Numbered from the whole stretch's first letter, positions 1 to 13,885 are shown. The stretch: DNA of 62,306 nucleotides, filler included, from Choristocarpus tenellus KU-1152 (GCA_964200185.2; 10 parts of 10 records of this genome joined end to end with filler, not necessarily neighbours in it); one strand, 5' to 3'. Translations and numbers: made by a program. Notes: generated by a model not told the origin, from the sequence alone.

Positions 1-371
1 CCCCCCCCTCAAGATACTTTGACACAATAATAACACTACGGTCATAGCCTTACTGGGAGAGGAAGCTCAAGCGGCAGGAAGCACTTGTACCAATGCCTGC
101 AGTGTAGACACGAAAACCTCCAACCTCTCACTGTCTGCAACCCGCAAAAAAGTCTAAGGAAGAAAAAACGGGGAACCATCTCGAATCATCCCCCAATTTT
201 TTTCTTTAAAGAAAATTTGACTACATTGTCACCCACCTCAATATTAATCCACCATAGAGCTTTAGAAAAAAAAGAATTAAAAAGTAAGCAAAAAAAAAAC
301 TTAAAAAAAAAAAAAATCAAGGGGGAGGGAAGACAACACCAAGAAGAACAACTGCACAAAANNNNNNNNNN

Positions 372-530
372 GGGAGGGGGGTCTACACCAGGGTGTCCAT
401 TTGGGCAAAATCAGGAAAAGTGCATTTACATTATCCATCCGACATATGCAACCAAATCACCCAAGAATCGCGACATGACAAAATTGACCTCAAATAGACA
501 GCTGTCACACACACACAGATACTTTGAGCC
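372..530. mobile_element. MITE family B (G/C-tract type), partial copy
   Basis: Internal sequence (tctacacc..gtgtccatttgg..aaagtgca..ttatccatccgacatatgcaaccaaatcaccc) recurs at 33335, 34902, 45290 and 57701. Ends in AGATACTTTGAGCC. A related terminus lies at 1-25. Confidence 0.85.
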
Positions 531-2825
531 AGCGAGCACCCGCAAGAGAGGGTGCCTTGATGGTCTGAGGGAAGAGACTCTAGACAGCTAGAGCAGCCAG
601 GAAAAGAAGGGGGAGGGGCTGGGGGGTGGGGGGTGAGGGTGTGGGATGGAGAGCAGGCGGAATGGTGGGATGGCAAAAGGGATGGAGGACAATTGTGAGC
701 GGATGGATTCCAGCACGGCTTCGGTTTCCACATTCCTGTCTCTCAATGGCAGCGTAGTAGTGTTCTCGGCTGGCAGGGGTGCGGAAGGTGGGACACGGGA
801 TGGGATGCCAGCCTCCTCCACTGGGGACCCCAACCCATGACCACCCCAACAACCACACGTAAGCTCACACCAGAGCACTGTGTGATCTGTTTTTCCGAGA
901 TACTACAGCCAGTACTTCCTTTCTCCTGCACACACTCACTTGATCTGGGCTGTTCCTCGGCTCTATACCTCCGTGCCAGGTCCTTGCCGTTGAATCCCAG
1001 TAATACCCCTTATCACCCGTCTGTGCAGTCTCCTCCCCATCATAGCCGTGTAGGGCAGTCCCCTCTCCCTGCAACCATAATCGTATCGTGTGCCACTACC
1101 GCCTCTCTAGCCCCATCCCCCTGTGTGACCGTTCGGTTTACCGTCCGGGCTTCACCACCCTGCAAAGACGAGACCTGTCCGACTACATTCCCGAAGAGGA
1201 GTGGCGTACTCTGCTTAAGTTCCTCCCTCGCCCGTGCCTATCTCGTGGGCCGCCATTCACATCCTCGATCACCTCCACCTCGTCCAGATGTGAGCACATT
1301 CCATTCTCCGTCCATCCTTCTCCGTTTTGCGAGATCGAAACCTGTGGGTCTATTCCCGGAGCTGGTTCAAACCTTCCACTTAACTAGTTCCTTGCCCCTG
1401 CCTGCCTTGTGTACCGTCGTAGCCTTCCTCCATCACTTCCACAACCCCATCCCCTGCCTCCTCAATATATTCAAAAAACATAATTATTTTGTGTAGATTT
1501 CTTTCGTGGGCTCTACTCGTCGTCGACCTCCTGCCGTGCAACCAAGCAGCACAGTGGTATACAGCAAGAAGAGGTGGTAACTGATTTGTTCTTCAGCGTA
1601 AAGGACCTCTTCTACGGTAGTGATGTTTTTTTACAGTGGGATAATCTACCCTTTTCTCTTGCTATGCCACAAATAGAATAAATAGCCTATGTATGACACA
1701 AATCCTAAAAACATGAAACTCGTTAACCCCAATTTCTTCAACACAGTAGTATTATTAGTACTTGTACTGTACATCGTACTAATGGTACTGATACTTATTT
1801 CAAAAAGGAACACATATTTCATTTGGAAATATAAATAACTTGATTTCTACTCCTCATTTTGATTTTTCTTGAGACACCAAATTCCTGTTTGTACCACCTC
1901 ATATTTCCCTCCCTACATCACTACCAAAAGGCATCCCAATCTATACACGATGTGTGATGCATTGGAAAGATCAGGATCCTGGTATTCCACGCACTCCTGG
2001 TATTGAGACGAGTCCTAGGGGTTGTTCAGCGAGCGGCGTCTAGAAATGGAAAGGTGACTTGGAGAATTTTCCGACAGAGGGTTGGGAGCAATCTCGACCC
2101 GACCGAGGAACAAACTCTTCCAAGTGTTGGGCGGAAACTGTGGGGGGTGCACCACGGCCTCAGATTCGCACGTTTCAAATTTCAATGTCGTTGGCAAGAT
2201 AAGAAAGAATTGGCGTAGTGGCATCGAGGTTGGGATTCAAGGAATGTTGAGACTGACTGGATCGTGGAGAAGGAAGTCCAACCCTGTTCCTAAAAATCTC
2301 CCTCAAGAGAGGGGTGCATCGGAAAAATCAGGACCCTGGCGTTCCACAGGTGTGCTCTTGGTCGTCAGTCAGGGGTGTCCTAGGGGTTGCACGGTGACAC
2401 CTTGAAGTCGACAGATGGGTTTGGGGATTTTTGACCGATAGAGGGAGGGTTGGGAATAATAATCTCGATGTGACCTCGTCCAATGAAGTAACGGATTCTT
2501 CCACGTATAGGTCGGCACACCACTGTCTCAGAATCGCACTGTTCGATATCTGATAGCTGATACGTGAATTTCTTTACAGAGAGATTTGTTAAAACTGATA
2601 TCTGACAGTTGATACAAGTAAGTTATTCTGTATGTGATCCACGTACGTATCACCACGCCTCTCATGTCAAGGTCAGGACCGATGCAGGTGTAGTCCATGG
2701 GCTCTTGTGTTGGTTTTTCAGGTGTACCCAAGGTTTGATGCTGCAGCATGAGCAATGGTGGATGTTTGCATGGTCGTATCTTGAGGTCGGTTCTCTCCTC
2801 TTGCACAGTTCGACCTCATCTTGTT

Positions 2826-2873
2826 CCAAGATGGTCTTTTGTACCAAGATGGTCTTTTTGTACCAAGATGGTC
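2826..2873. repeat. 18-19 bp tandem repeat (CCAAGATGGTCTTTTGTA), ~2.6 copies
   Basis: Unit starts read directly at 2826, 2844 and 2863. Confidence 0.8.
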
Positions 2874-3890
2874 CTTGCGGTTGGTACCTTGAGACAAAGA
2901 AAAATAAGAGAGGGCTGGCTGGGCGATGAAGGTGATACACAAGTTGATTTACTTCTTGATTTGGGCAACATTTGGTAATAGGAGTATGCAATGGTAATAG
3001 TGCAGTTGTACCATTGATAGGTCTTGACAGGTCTTGGGGATCGATGAGAAGGTGGATGAAAAAAATATATATATTGTGTTTATATTTTTTGACACACGGC
3101 TCTACTTCCATGTCCTGCCGTGTACATACAGGGATGCTATCACTACCCCCCTCCCCCCCCCACCCCTGCCCTGATTTTGTACTCAATCCTCATTCCACCA
3201 ATGACATAACTGATTTCCCTCATCTCTCCCAGCATAGAGCTTTCCTTCCCATGCCCACACCCTTTTCTGTGTCAACTAAACTCACCCATTGGCCTCACCT
3301 TGACATGTATGGTACAATGTCAACAATGGTGGTGGTCACTTGGTGGCATACCAACTTCAACATGGGGCTATCTAACAGATTCCTGATGAGCCTTCATGCG
3401 TCATTCTCAACACTGCTGTTTCCGGCTCTTGGGGGTTTGCTTTCCTTGTCCTGCGGTAGGTGCTCCCCCCCCCCGCCACCACCCCCCACCCCTCCCTGTC
3501 TTGTCCTTGGATACCTCTGATTAGTAGTTCAATTTTACTGCTGTGACTTGACTCCTTGGCGCTACTGGGTAATTGTGCTCTACCGTTAGTGTACTTATTT
3601 TTGTGGTACAAGTGGTTAAGGGGTTAACAATCGGACTTCTCTCTCCAACGCTTAACTCCGTAGGTTGCTTGGAAGTGATGCCACCGATCTGTAATCAAGG
3701 TACACCCCCTTTTTGTCCACTTACACGAGACAAATCGACAGACTTTTTGTTGTTGTATGATTCTACTTTCTCTCTGTACGCCTTCCATGTCTGATATCTC
3801 TGGTGCTTTGACTGCTCGTTTGCACATTTTTTTCTCTTCCTAACTCTACTTGTGGACGCACACTAGTTGTGCTCTTGCTGAAATATTGCC

Positions 3891-3954
3891 CTTGCTTTGC
3901 TTTGCCTTGCCTTGCCTTGCCTTGCCTTGCCTTGCCTTGCCTTGCTTTGCTTTG
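3891..3954 (+). repeat. (CCTTG/CTTTG)n pentanucleotide microsatellite
   Basis: About 12-13 units seen directly. Confidence 0.95.
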
Positions 3955-3963
3955 ACCTCTCAG

Positions 3964-4065
3964 GGGTGCACGTGTGAATGCTATGAGTGTGACAATCCAG
4001 ATTGTGCATGTGCTATCCCGAAGGGGTTCTGTGAAATGCTTCCATCGGACTATTTGATTGATTAT
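3964..4065 (+). CDS. Probable internal exon of an unidentified gene, Cys-rich (GCTCECYECDNPDCACAIPKGFCEMLPSDYLIDY)
   Basis: Pyrimidine tract plus CAG acceptor, 102-nt open frame, GTGAGT donor. No family recognised. Confidence 0.45.
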
Positions 4066-4986
4066 GTGAGTGATGTTTTTTGTGTTTTTAATTTTAATTT
4101 TAATTTTTTAAATGTGAGGGAGCTGGGGTCGGGGAGTGCATCTGCACAGAGAGACTCGTAGAGGATATTCCAATACACACATATATATACTTATGTTTTT
4201 AGTGTTATGCTTTTGTGCTGCATATGTTGTTCCTGTTTTTTGTTACACCTTTAGTACTGCATGTATATATTTTTTGCTAAGTTAGGAATATAATATATGT
4301 ATATATATACTTTTTTTTCTGTCAGTGGTGTGTGTGTAGTCTGTCTTCCGTTGTGTCCTATCATGTCAGCGGGAGTCATGGTAAAGAACTAGGGGGGGAT
4401 TTTGGTGGCGGGGGCTGCTGGGTGGAATTCTTCCAATTTCAACAATTGCTGTGGCAAGGAAATGAACAGTAGTTAGATAAATTAGGGAAGGAAATGAATA
4501 GTGGTCAGATTAATTAGTTACATAATAACACCTTTACTGCACTGTGCTATATTGTACTATTAGAGTGTACTCCCAACTGCACTCGTTCATCATCATACTG
4601 TCATGCTGATGAAGAACGCATAGCTGACCCTGTACTTGCCATTTCCAATAGGATTACTAGTGCACTATTTGGATAGAATAGAGTAGGAGTGTGAAGGCAA
4701 CCCCTGTATTTAGGTTAGGGTTAGTTGTTTTTGTTGATGATGGCCATGCGAGGGTATGCCGCTCATGTTACATGAGTGAGTTTAAAGGTTGTACTACTGT
4801 ACTGTTACTGCATACATTTCCCTCTCTACAACAGACTCCCTAGAAGTGCAAATGAGGTTTATAGTTCAGTCGAAGTACAGTATGACTGTAAGAGATACCG
4901 ACAACGGTATAACATGTTTACCGTTTACCATATACCAACAGTGATAAGAGTCAAATACCGACCCAATCACCACACCACGGAACCCC

Positions 4987-5086
4987 NNNNNNNNNNNNNN
5001 NNNNNNNNNNNNNNNNNNNNNNNNNNNNNNTTAATTAATTAANNNNNNNNNNNNNNNNNNNNNNNNNNNNNNNNNNNNNNNNNNNN
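4987..5086. other. Artificial contig linker (N44-TTAATTAATTAA-N44); identical linkers at 19602-19701, 29243-29342, 33235-33334, 41542-41641, 45482-45581, 49916-50015, 56004-56103, 58799-58898
   Basis: Nine identical 100-nt spacers with a six-frame stop cassette. Genes and repeats are truncated at them. Separate 10-N scaffold gaps lie at 362-371, 51353-51362, 57952-57961 and 59564-59573. Confidence 0.98.
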
Positions 5087-5179
5087 GTGTCAGATTTGAA
5101 ATGTCAGCAAAAAAAAAGTTGTTTAACCGAAACGGACGCCCCTTCACAAACCAACCCCCGTCCCCAGATACTTTGACCC
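5087..5179. mobile_element. MITE right end (related to the outer element at 34884-35102)
   Basis: Ends CCCCAGATACTTTGACCC and shares AAACGGACGC with 35068-35077. Truncated by contig start. Confidence 0.6.
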
Positions 5180-7818
5180 TTCGACATATTGATTATAATT
5201 GACTCTCCAATATGCACCAACCAATGCCACTAACTGCACCATATGCCATGTATACCACATTTTTATGCCGCCTTTCCTTTCTCCGCCATATATATTGTAC
5301 GCACATTACGTGAACAGGGTGGGTGCTCCCCCGACTGGCCCTGCTACTTGATGTTTTAGATATAGTACGGATAGTATCAACCAATAAAAATAATGTTGAC
5401 AATAACAGTCTACTGACACAAACTCGGAGCAAAGTCATTGAGAAGACTATTCCTTATTGTTTAAAAATGTATGAAAAAGGACTTGCTACCTTTTGGTGTG
5501 TGCCAGAAGAGTAACACAAATACCTTCATACTATGCCCTCTAGCAACTCTTACATGTTATTGTTAGGAAGTAATAGTATCTCGTCCCTCCTTTTCCATTC
5601 CTCATAAAAACGTTTATCGCCAGTATTTCACCAGACATACAACAATTATTCTGAAGTAGACATTTCTGTGTGCTTGCAATATTAGAAGATATGATAGATA
5701 CCTCTATATATAATAGTGCATGCAGCGTAAGAGAATGCATTCGTAGTATCATAACTGTGATTGCATGCCACAAGATACCTACTATCTGCAATATAAAATA
5801 ATGAAAAATAAGAATAGGAGTATGTATGAATGTTTTACTACAGAGAATAACATTTGTCTCTACTGACTAAACCATGTGTTCAGCCAAAAAAAAAGGTTTG
5901 CAGGAAGTTTGCAGAGAACAAACCTCTTTCCAAGTAGTTATTGGGTCTCTGTAGTATCATAGCATGACACTGTATCAGCTGTCAAAAGCTTGACATGTCG
6001 AAAGAGATCATCACCTTGATGAAACATGAACAATGCTTCCACAACAAGGCCTTTTCATGATGGTAGTTACCACATAAATAATACTCTGGGGCAGCAACAA
6101 GCTCTGTAAACTCCAAAGACTAGCACATATTCATTTCAGATGGTAAGTAACAATTCACATTTTTGTGGTAGTAGTATACTCTTTTCTGTAAAAAATTAAT
6201 AGGGTGCATTTCATGTCTCTTCTGCTGCTAACACAAGACATACTTTATTGAACCTGCGCCTGATCACAGGAATAAACAGTATCATCAATGGTTTTGTGTG
6301 CATCGATGATTGCTTTTCAAATAATCAAACTGATACATATTAGCGACAATATGTGCTTCTATTTAATCAAACATTTATCTACTGCTTATTTATAACCTCT
6401 ACAATAAATAAGAACGAACCAGATATGCTACCAATCGTATAGATGCAGGCAGCAAAACATGAAAAAAAGTGGGCTAGAAGTCAGCCCACCACAAAATCAC
6501 ATACAAATACAGAGAGTAGCTTTGACAAAAAAATTAAGTTGTCAAGTGTGTTTAATGGTATACTGAAATCACCAACACACACATGCACAGAGAAGAGTCG
6601 ACATGTAAAATTGCATGCCCTAGGAGACTGGAATATGATCACCTCATCTATTGACATCCCTTACACATATCCCTCCTCACCCTGTATTCATTACCCCTTT
6701 CCTCTCCCCAGTTCAAACACTTTCAGTGCAGCAATGACAAAGAACAACTGTCGACCTACCACAAACATGTAATATCATCAAGATTATAGGTAGCTACTCA
6801 GCCAGCCCATTTAACCAAGTCATTCATTACATTTTTTATATGGCAATGATGCAATAAAGCGGTCATAGATCATTTCACAAGTTATCTAGTAGGTAGGCCC
6901 AACTCTCTTACTATGATGACTCACGCAACCTCTCACATACATACTCTTCCCAATCAACCGATTACAGAATATTGTCATTTAATCGTGTACTAAAAAATAA
7001 CTATTAATTACTTCTTCCACTTTTCAAGATGACGTCTGAATGATTTTACACCTGGCTTTGTTATAGAACATTCCTGAACATATCCTTTACACTTGCTCAC
7101 GATTAAATCAATCTGTCCCCTATTTTATCAACCAAAGAAAATAAAACTTGTGATGGACATCTGCTCCCAAGCCTGTGTGATCAAAAGGTTTCGAGCTGTG
7201 GTAACCCCCCCATGCTTCTCCTCAGTCCTGCACTCAACTCTGTATGCTGGCAACATCAAGGTATGCACTTCACCTCTTTAATATATCAGAATCTTTTCCT
7301 CCCCTCTCATCCTGAAAAAAATGAAGCAACACTCTTTCTGGACACCCAAAATTTTTCACCAAAGCTGAACCAAAAATATGGAAGCAACACTCTTTCACAA
7401 GCAAATCCACTCATCTGATTTGCTGTTGATCTGACATCATAGCAGCAACAGCAACAGTACCAGTACTTTCCTGGGCTGCATACAAAAGACTGGTCTAGCC
7501 TTAGGCCAATGCGTCCACCCTTGCAACAAAAACTATGTACCACCTCATATAAAAAAGGAACCAAAACAGGACTGCGGCTTAAATCAAGCAAACACATTTT
7601 GCTTAACCAGTCATTTTTTCTCATTTGCCTTGCTCCTCTCTTTTGCATCAGAGTTGTGTCCACTTCTCAAGGAATGAACAGGCTCTGATAATCAATTTCA
7701 CAATTTGCCTGACTCTGATGTTTCCTTATGCCTCTTGACCCTGTTAATCAAGCAGGACAATCTACCCCCTTTAATTCTCCATCCTTCTACAGGAGGCAGG
7801 CACACTGTCATTCGGTCT

Positions 7819-10800
7819 TCACATGTTTTGGCACTGCACCCTCTGATCCGCTCCACCTGGTCCTTCCCCATCAGAGTTGTAAGCATCTCCCCCAACCTCG
7901 TGACTTTGTGCCTGACCAAACTGACTAAGATCCACACGCTGCATCAAGAAGGAACACATTATCACCGTTTTAAAAATTAAATATTTACATATATTGTCAG
8001 AAAGCAAATAGATGTGGAATTCTTATAAAGTGTTATCACCTCTATCAACACTTTTCTCACAAGAACTGCAAAAAAATCAAATAATTTAATCCAGAGAGCA
8101 ACTTTGACAACTTATAAAAGTACAATAGCTGGCATTACTCTGTTGTTTCTTTGCAATAGCAGGAATTCTTAGACACTATGTACAGTAGAGCTACAAATAT
8201 TCATAGTATCTCTTTCTCACCTCCAGTACTGTTTCCTCCTCTTCCCCGGTGAATTCTGTGAACTCACGTCCAGGCAGAACTCTCTCAAGCTGTGCCACAT
8301 GTTCCGGGGCAAGGCTTGTAGGAAACTGGACCTGTATCATTTTAGTGGGGGTTTTCAAGAAATGTTTATGGAAAAATGCAAAAAAGCATAATTTCCACTC
8401 TTGGTCTTAAACATGGACATCAAAATGGAAAGCTCGCGACCATGTAAATTATAAAACACACAGAAAGACTTCAAGACCACACTGCTTGCTAATACTAGTC
8501 ATATGGGATGCTTCAGTGCAGGGTCTCGAGATGAGCGCAGATTTAGAGGTCTTCAACATACCTTGAAAAGGATGAACAGTCGACCCTTCAGAAAAGGATT
8601 TCCTGCAGTAGGCATACCCTCATGGTCGATCATGAACACATCATCATGCTTTGTCACCTGACATGGACGATCAAATTAAACATGAGACAAGAAAGACAAG
8701 TGATTTGCAGTTAATTGTAGCTGTACAACCATCAGAATTTTTCCACAAAACAAAAATCAGTGGCAAAAGAATCGATAGGTCACCTCCACACATTAGAGCA
8801 AATCATCACCTATCCAATAAAGCAGAAGCTGCAAAAATGTGCTCAAATGGATTGTGAAAAAAGACATGGGTAAAGTGATAAGAAACTCACCAAAATGATT
8901 TATCAAGAGAAAGTGGGTTTCACACTCAAGACAAAAAAACGACATAGTTTCCAAAAAGACAAAATCTCCACATAGATGGCACATTGTTGTAATGACTCTG
9001 TAACAAGAATAGCAAAAACAGGAGGAGTTTGTGAGGGGTGGGGAGGACACGCGAACGCACAACGCCAGGTTGACTCTTGATCCTGAGCACACGCTTGTCC
9101 ATGTGCGTAATGGAAAAGTCAAATCCACACAATGCCTCCACCAATGATAACTTGTGCTCCATCACGAGGTCAGCACCTTTGCGCCGGAAAGTAGCATGTT
9201 CCTATCGTGTTCATATTTTGGTGTAGATTTTTTGAGAGGGTATGGGATAACGGTGGGGTTCATATGTTGTAATGGCAAAGCATTTGGGGTCACGAGGTAT
9301 TATAAAGCGTTGCATCAAATCTGAAAGAAAATCACTACTACACACACCCAGAGATACAGAGGACTGGTTGATGAAAATGATGTCTATACTTGAAACCAAT
9401 CAATGTCAACTTACGTACGATTCATGGCCATCTATTCATCAAGAAAAAAATACCTGTGAACTCATCTTGAGACTAACATTTAATAATGATCAAAACCAAC
9501 ACTGAAGGCATATTTAACAAGAAAGCTACAACATATGCTGAATTACTTACACAGCAACCTTGCTCAACTGAAAACCTTTCTATCCCCTTCAATTCGTTGC
9601 AGGTCTGACAGTCAAACACAGCAGTTAGAGTAGCGGGTGAAGCATTACCTTCTCCTCTACAACGAAGATGATGTCACCAGGGACCATTCCTGGAGCCTCG
9701 TCAGCCTCCCCATGGAAGACAATCTTTTGCCCATTGCGCATGCCCTTTGTGATGTTGACCTCCAGAACCTTGCGTTCTTTGACGGTCTGTGGCATATAAG
9801 TACACATTAAACAAATGCGAATAACACTGAGGCACACTAAAGGAACAATTTAAGAACGAAACAGGAATAAATTAATGGACCTGTCAAAGATAATCAAAAG
9901 GACAACACAAATTCTATGCTTTATCGCATTGCAACACGAGCTTAAGCTTAGCTCTGTGGTTGAAAATAAACTCAAGGTGTATGCTCTGATGATACAAGCA
10001 TTCTTAATGACTATCTAAACTTTTTATACAATACATTGTCACCCGTTTCAGTATTTAATCTGCCGAAACGAAATATTTTAGAAAGAATCTTACAAAGTGA
10101 ATTCTCGGTGACACTAGCGACTAAAGCCAGCGGCTCTTATTGCAGTAACAAACAGACCTAAGATAAGGGTTGCGCTCATACACAGCCAAATGAGAACATT
10201 TAAAAGATGGGTAAAGGCAACCCTGTTAACCATAGATTGAAAGTATCTTAGAGGGTACGAGTTTTGCCCTGTTTGTCCATTTGGGGCTTGACTTCCCATG
10301 AGATTTTTTAATGACATTTTTTGAATCCAAAATGTTTTGGAGTAGGTAAAATGCATACGATATGAAAAGGTGTGTCCAGAATATGAATATTGACACTTCC
10401 TAACAAACATGATGGTCAAAATTACATCAAAATCACAACATTGGTTTTTGACCCTCAAATGGATGCAGCTCTACCCTCTAAAATACTTTGACTCCATACG
10501 CATCCGTCACAACATCCAAGTTTTTTAACCAGAGGAAAATGGGTTCAAAAAAAGAACTTTTCTCAATTCACTGCAGCATAAACCAAACCAGGCTCTATTT
10601 AAATTAACATCAGCGCAAATCATAGATATGCAAATACAGATTAAAATTGAAAAAAAATCCTCCAGAAATATCAAGCTCAATACACGAGAACAGTCATAAA
10701 GCAGAAAATGCTTCAATGGGTACTAAATGGGGTGAGTAAGCAGATACCTTTTTTCCTGCACATCCCTTGCATTTGTCCCTGTCGTTGATGACCTTTCCTT

Positions 10801-13800
10801 CGCCCCGGCATGCACTACAGGTGTTCTGGAGCTGCTGAACCATTCCAGGACCTATCTGACGAAATTGGACCTGTGATTTTAACACACAAAGCCCCCAGTC
10901 CCCAAATTGAGAAAGTAAATTCGACACTTCAAAGTAGCATGGATGGAATAGCTGGTTATCATGTTCAAAGCAAACAATAAAGTGGGAAACACATAATTCT
11001 TTGTGTGCCTGGTTGACAATTAGGACAAAAAGTATACCAGGAGTTCTGTAAATGTTCTTTAAAAAAAACACCAGCATGTAGACAGGAATGATGGTATCAT
11101 ATAAAGATGTTGATCTATTTTACTTGTTTTGTTTGGTGCCTGCAAAATAATATACTGATAAAAACCAAAACAAAAAGACACCAGTAGAAGATACAACCTA
11201 TCCCTAATATTCCTTTGAAGTAGAGTTATTTTCTTTTTCATTTATTATATTCAGATCTCACCTGCACTCCTCGACCATGACAAACCTCACAGGGTTTTTC
11301 TGCGCCAACCTTGCCACCATGACCTTCGCAGGCAATGCAAACCTGAAATCGGCAAGAACATAAAAAAAGGTTAACTTTACCATCATTGCGAGTTTGAAAA
11401 ACATGGGATGCTATGAATTAAGCATCAACTGAAGAGATTACTGGGTGTGAAGAACGGTACATTACAATGCCTTCACACCTTATATGGTTCCTAGAGGAAA
11501 GGTCACAATAAGACCTATGGGAGTAGTAATTGTGTTGAAAAGATTTGGAGATTTAAAAAAGCAGACAAAAATGATAGGAATTGGAAATGACATCAAGAGC
11601 GAGAAACCTGGCCAACTGACTCAGACTAAGACTGGGCTAGTTTGACAAAAACATAATTTTGAGATGAATATGTTTTAAACTTAAGCTACTTTCAGAATGT
11701 CAACAATCCTTTTGTGCATTAAAATTAATGCAGTCAACTTCACAAAATTGGAAACATGCTATATACAGCTAAATGTACCTCAGCATACAAATTAAGTGGA
11801 AATAATTAAATATCTCCATATGCACAACAGCACATGCTAGGCTAAGACTTTATCAACACTTTTAACACAAAGCAAGTGTAGTGAATACTAGCAGATGACA
11901 TCTTCTGGTGCATGTTGTGATTATATCAGATTGAAACCCTCAGAGAAACCTTTGTTTTTAGTGCTTTTGTCATCTTGCTAAAAGCTACGAATTTTTTCTA
12001 TCACACTCTCTTAGTGTCAACTCACCCTATTGCGGCTTACAGCAAGACGGCGGGTCAATCCGTTGTAGAGGTCGTCCAGTCCTACCTTAAGCTTGTGGCG
12101 ATCATCGTCACCCTTACGTGGGCCCTGAAAAAATTATGAATGTGTTATGTGTAGGGGAAACCCTGTGTTTATAAGTTGCTTCTCACACAGAAATGACATA
12201 ATTATATTTCTTTTAGTTTTGTAAGGTAACACCAGGTGAAAAAATTAACTATAATTGGGCATTGTTCTGAGGAGAAATAAAGTTGACTGTAGTCAAAAAT
12301 CTGAACTTTAAATTTAAACTTGGGTGATACAGGCTAGGTGATTTTGTTGCTACACATGCAGGAACGACAATAAAGATTGTTCTCTTCGACTTGAAAAAAA
12401 TAATGGCAGATGTATGCGAGAGGTCGGACAGACATACCATTTTATAGCATGTTTTTGTCACTCAGAGAAATGATTAAGTCGAAACGTCAAGCATCTGTGC
12501 ATAAAATTTTGTGCTCTTTTACCTTGGTGATATACTCACAGAGAAATGATTGAAGTCAAAATATCAAGCATCTGTGCATAGAAACTTAGTGCTCTTTTGC
12601 CTCAGTGATATACTGGCAGTTTCAACCTTTTCTGCTCTTTACCAACTACATGCTTACCCCTTGGCCGCGCCTTCCCCCCCCAAAGAACATGCTGAAGATG
12701 TCCTCAGCACTTTGTCCAGGTCCCCCTTCTTGTTCTACCCCATCCTTTCCATACTGGTCGTATAGTCGTCGCTTTTCAGGGTCTGAGAGGATCTCGTATG
12801 CCATGGTGATCTCCTTAAACTTTTCTGGGTCACCGCCTTTGTCGGGGTGATTCTATCATCCAAAACATAGTACGTTACGGGTTTTGGAAGGGGCAAAGCG
12901 GATTAGCATGGTAGGAGCAAATAAGCAACACGGTAAGGGCAAAACAGGGATGGGATTTACCGCCATTAGAAAAATTGAATCGGCAAGGACGCGGCAGGGA
13001 CAGCGGTGCAGAAGGTTGTCGAGTTTTACCTGGCCCCCGTACAGCAGTCAGGTTCTAGATATTTGTGTTCGATGACAGGATTTGATATTTCTTTTGCTGA
13101 TTCAACATAATGCAGCCTTACAGCTGTGTGTGCTACGACCGATTTTCTTGGGGGTGTTATTTCAGAGATCGAATCATGCAACAAAAATATCTGGATTCTA
13201 GTTTCTCCGTCAGTGCGGTCTTTTAAGTTTGCCCCTAGGTCTAACAAAAAGAAGCTATAGTGATGTACCACAAGTGCAGTGCTTTTCACCTCGAAAACAT
13301 TAGCTATGTGATGGGTGCGGTATCTGGCGAGGTTCTTTGAAATTGCATCTAGTTGGAAGGAGGTATCTCTCCTCCTTCAGTGTCCGAAAATACCAAATGG
13401 TTAAAAGTTTGTATCCTTGTGTATCATTCCCGGAATGTCAACTTATCTAAGTAGTCCCATTTACACTTTGGGTTGAGCAACTGTATTACGGCGTAATAAT
13501 GGCAGTTTGACTGCAAATGTATTGCTAAACATGGTAACTAGGAATTAAAAGATGAGGAATAGGTCGAATCCAACAACTGTGAGCACTGGTCAGTGCAACA
13601 TTGGTCTCAAAACCCCTCACACACTTTACAGAGAAAGGGCTTTCGAATGACTACAAAGATTATTACAAACAAATATCAAAGAACAAGGTAATTTGTTACC
13701 TTCAGCGCCAGCTTTCTGTATGCCTTCTTGATTTCACCCTCTCCTGCATCCTTTTTGAGACCGAGAATAGTATAAAACTCTTCCGTATCTACATCGGGCG

Positions 13801-13885
13801 GCGGACCACGGCGACCCCCACCGCCGCCAGGCATTCCCTCTGCATGAGCGAAGTGCTCAAACGGACTTCCCCCAAAGCCAAACAT
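7819..13885 (-). CDS. DNAJA: Type I Hsp40 co-chaperone (DnaJA/Ydj1-like), complete, 10 exons, 429 aa
   Basis: Exons 13885-13700, 12852-12658, 12124-12026, 11342-11262, 10870-10748, 9786-9649, 9201-9061, 8657-8562, 8331-8221, 7938-7819, all with GT-AG introns. J domain with HPD ([14 protein letters not shown]), G/F region, four CxxCxGxG-type Zn motifs ([32 protein letters not shown]), C-terminal domain ([25 protein letters not shown]), CaaX end VQCQNM. Confidence 0.97.
10235..10494. mobile_element. MITE family A (~260 bp), full copy in DnaJA intron 5, TSD CATA
   Basis: TIR GA(T)TGAAAGTATCTTAGAGGGTA ... TACCCTCTAAAATACTTTGACTC, with CATA on both sides. Homologous copies elsewhere in the window. 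Confidence 0.92.
12464..12614. repeat. ~75-bp diverged tandem duplication in DnaJA intron 2
   Basis: CAGAGAAATGATT..AAGCATCTGTGCATA..GTGCTCTTTT..GTGATATACT starts at 12464 and again at 12539. Confidence 0.85.

Noticed and set aside
837-2550. ORFs 837-1496, 1088-1387 and 2003-2405 as genes
   Set aside because: No recognisable motifs, and the coding-looking strand is interrupted by stops. Possibly decayed sequence.
10114-10458. Similar short ORFs at 10114, 30239, 38132, 43809, 56706 and 61575 as a protein family
   Set aside because: They are translations of MITE family A copies, with inconsistent frames.
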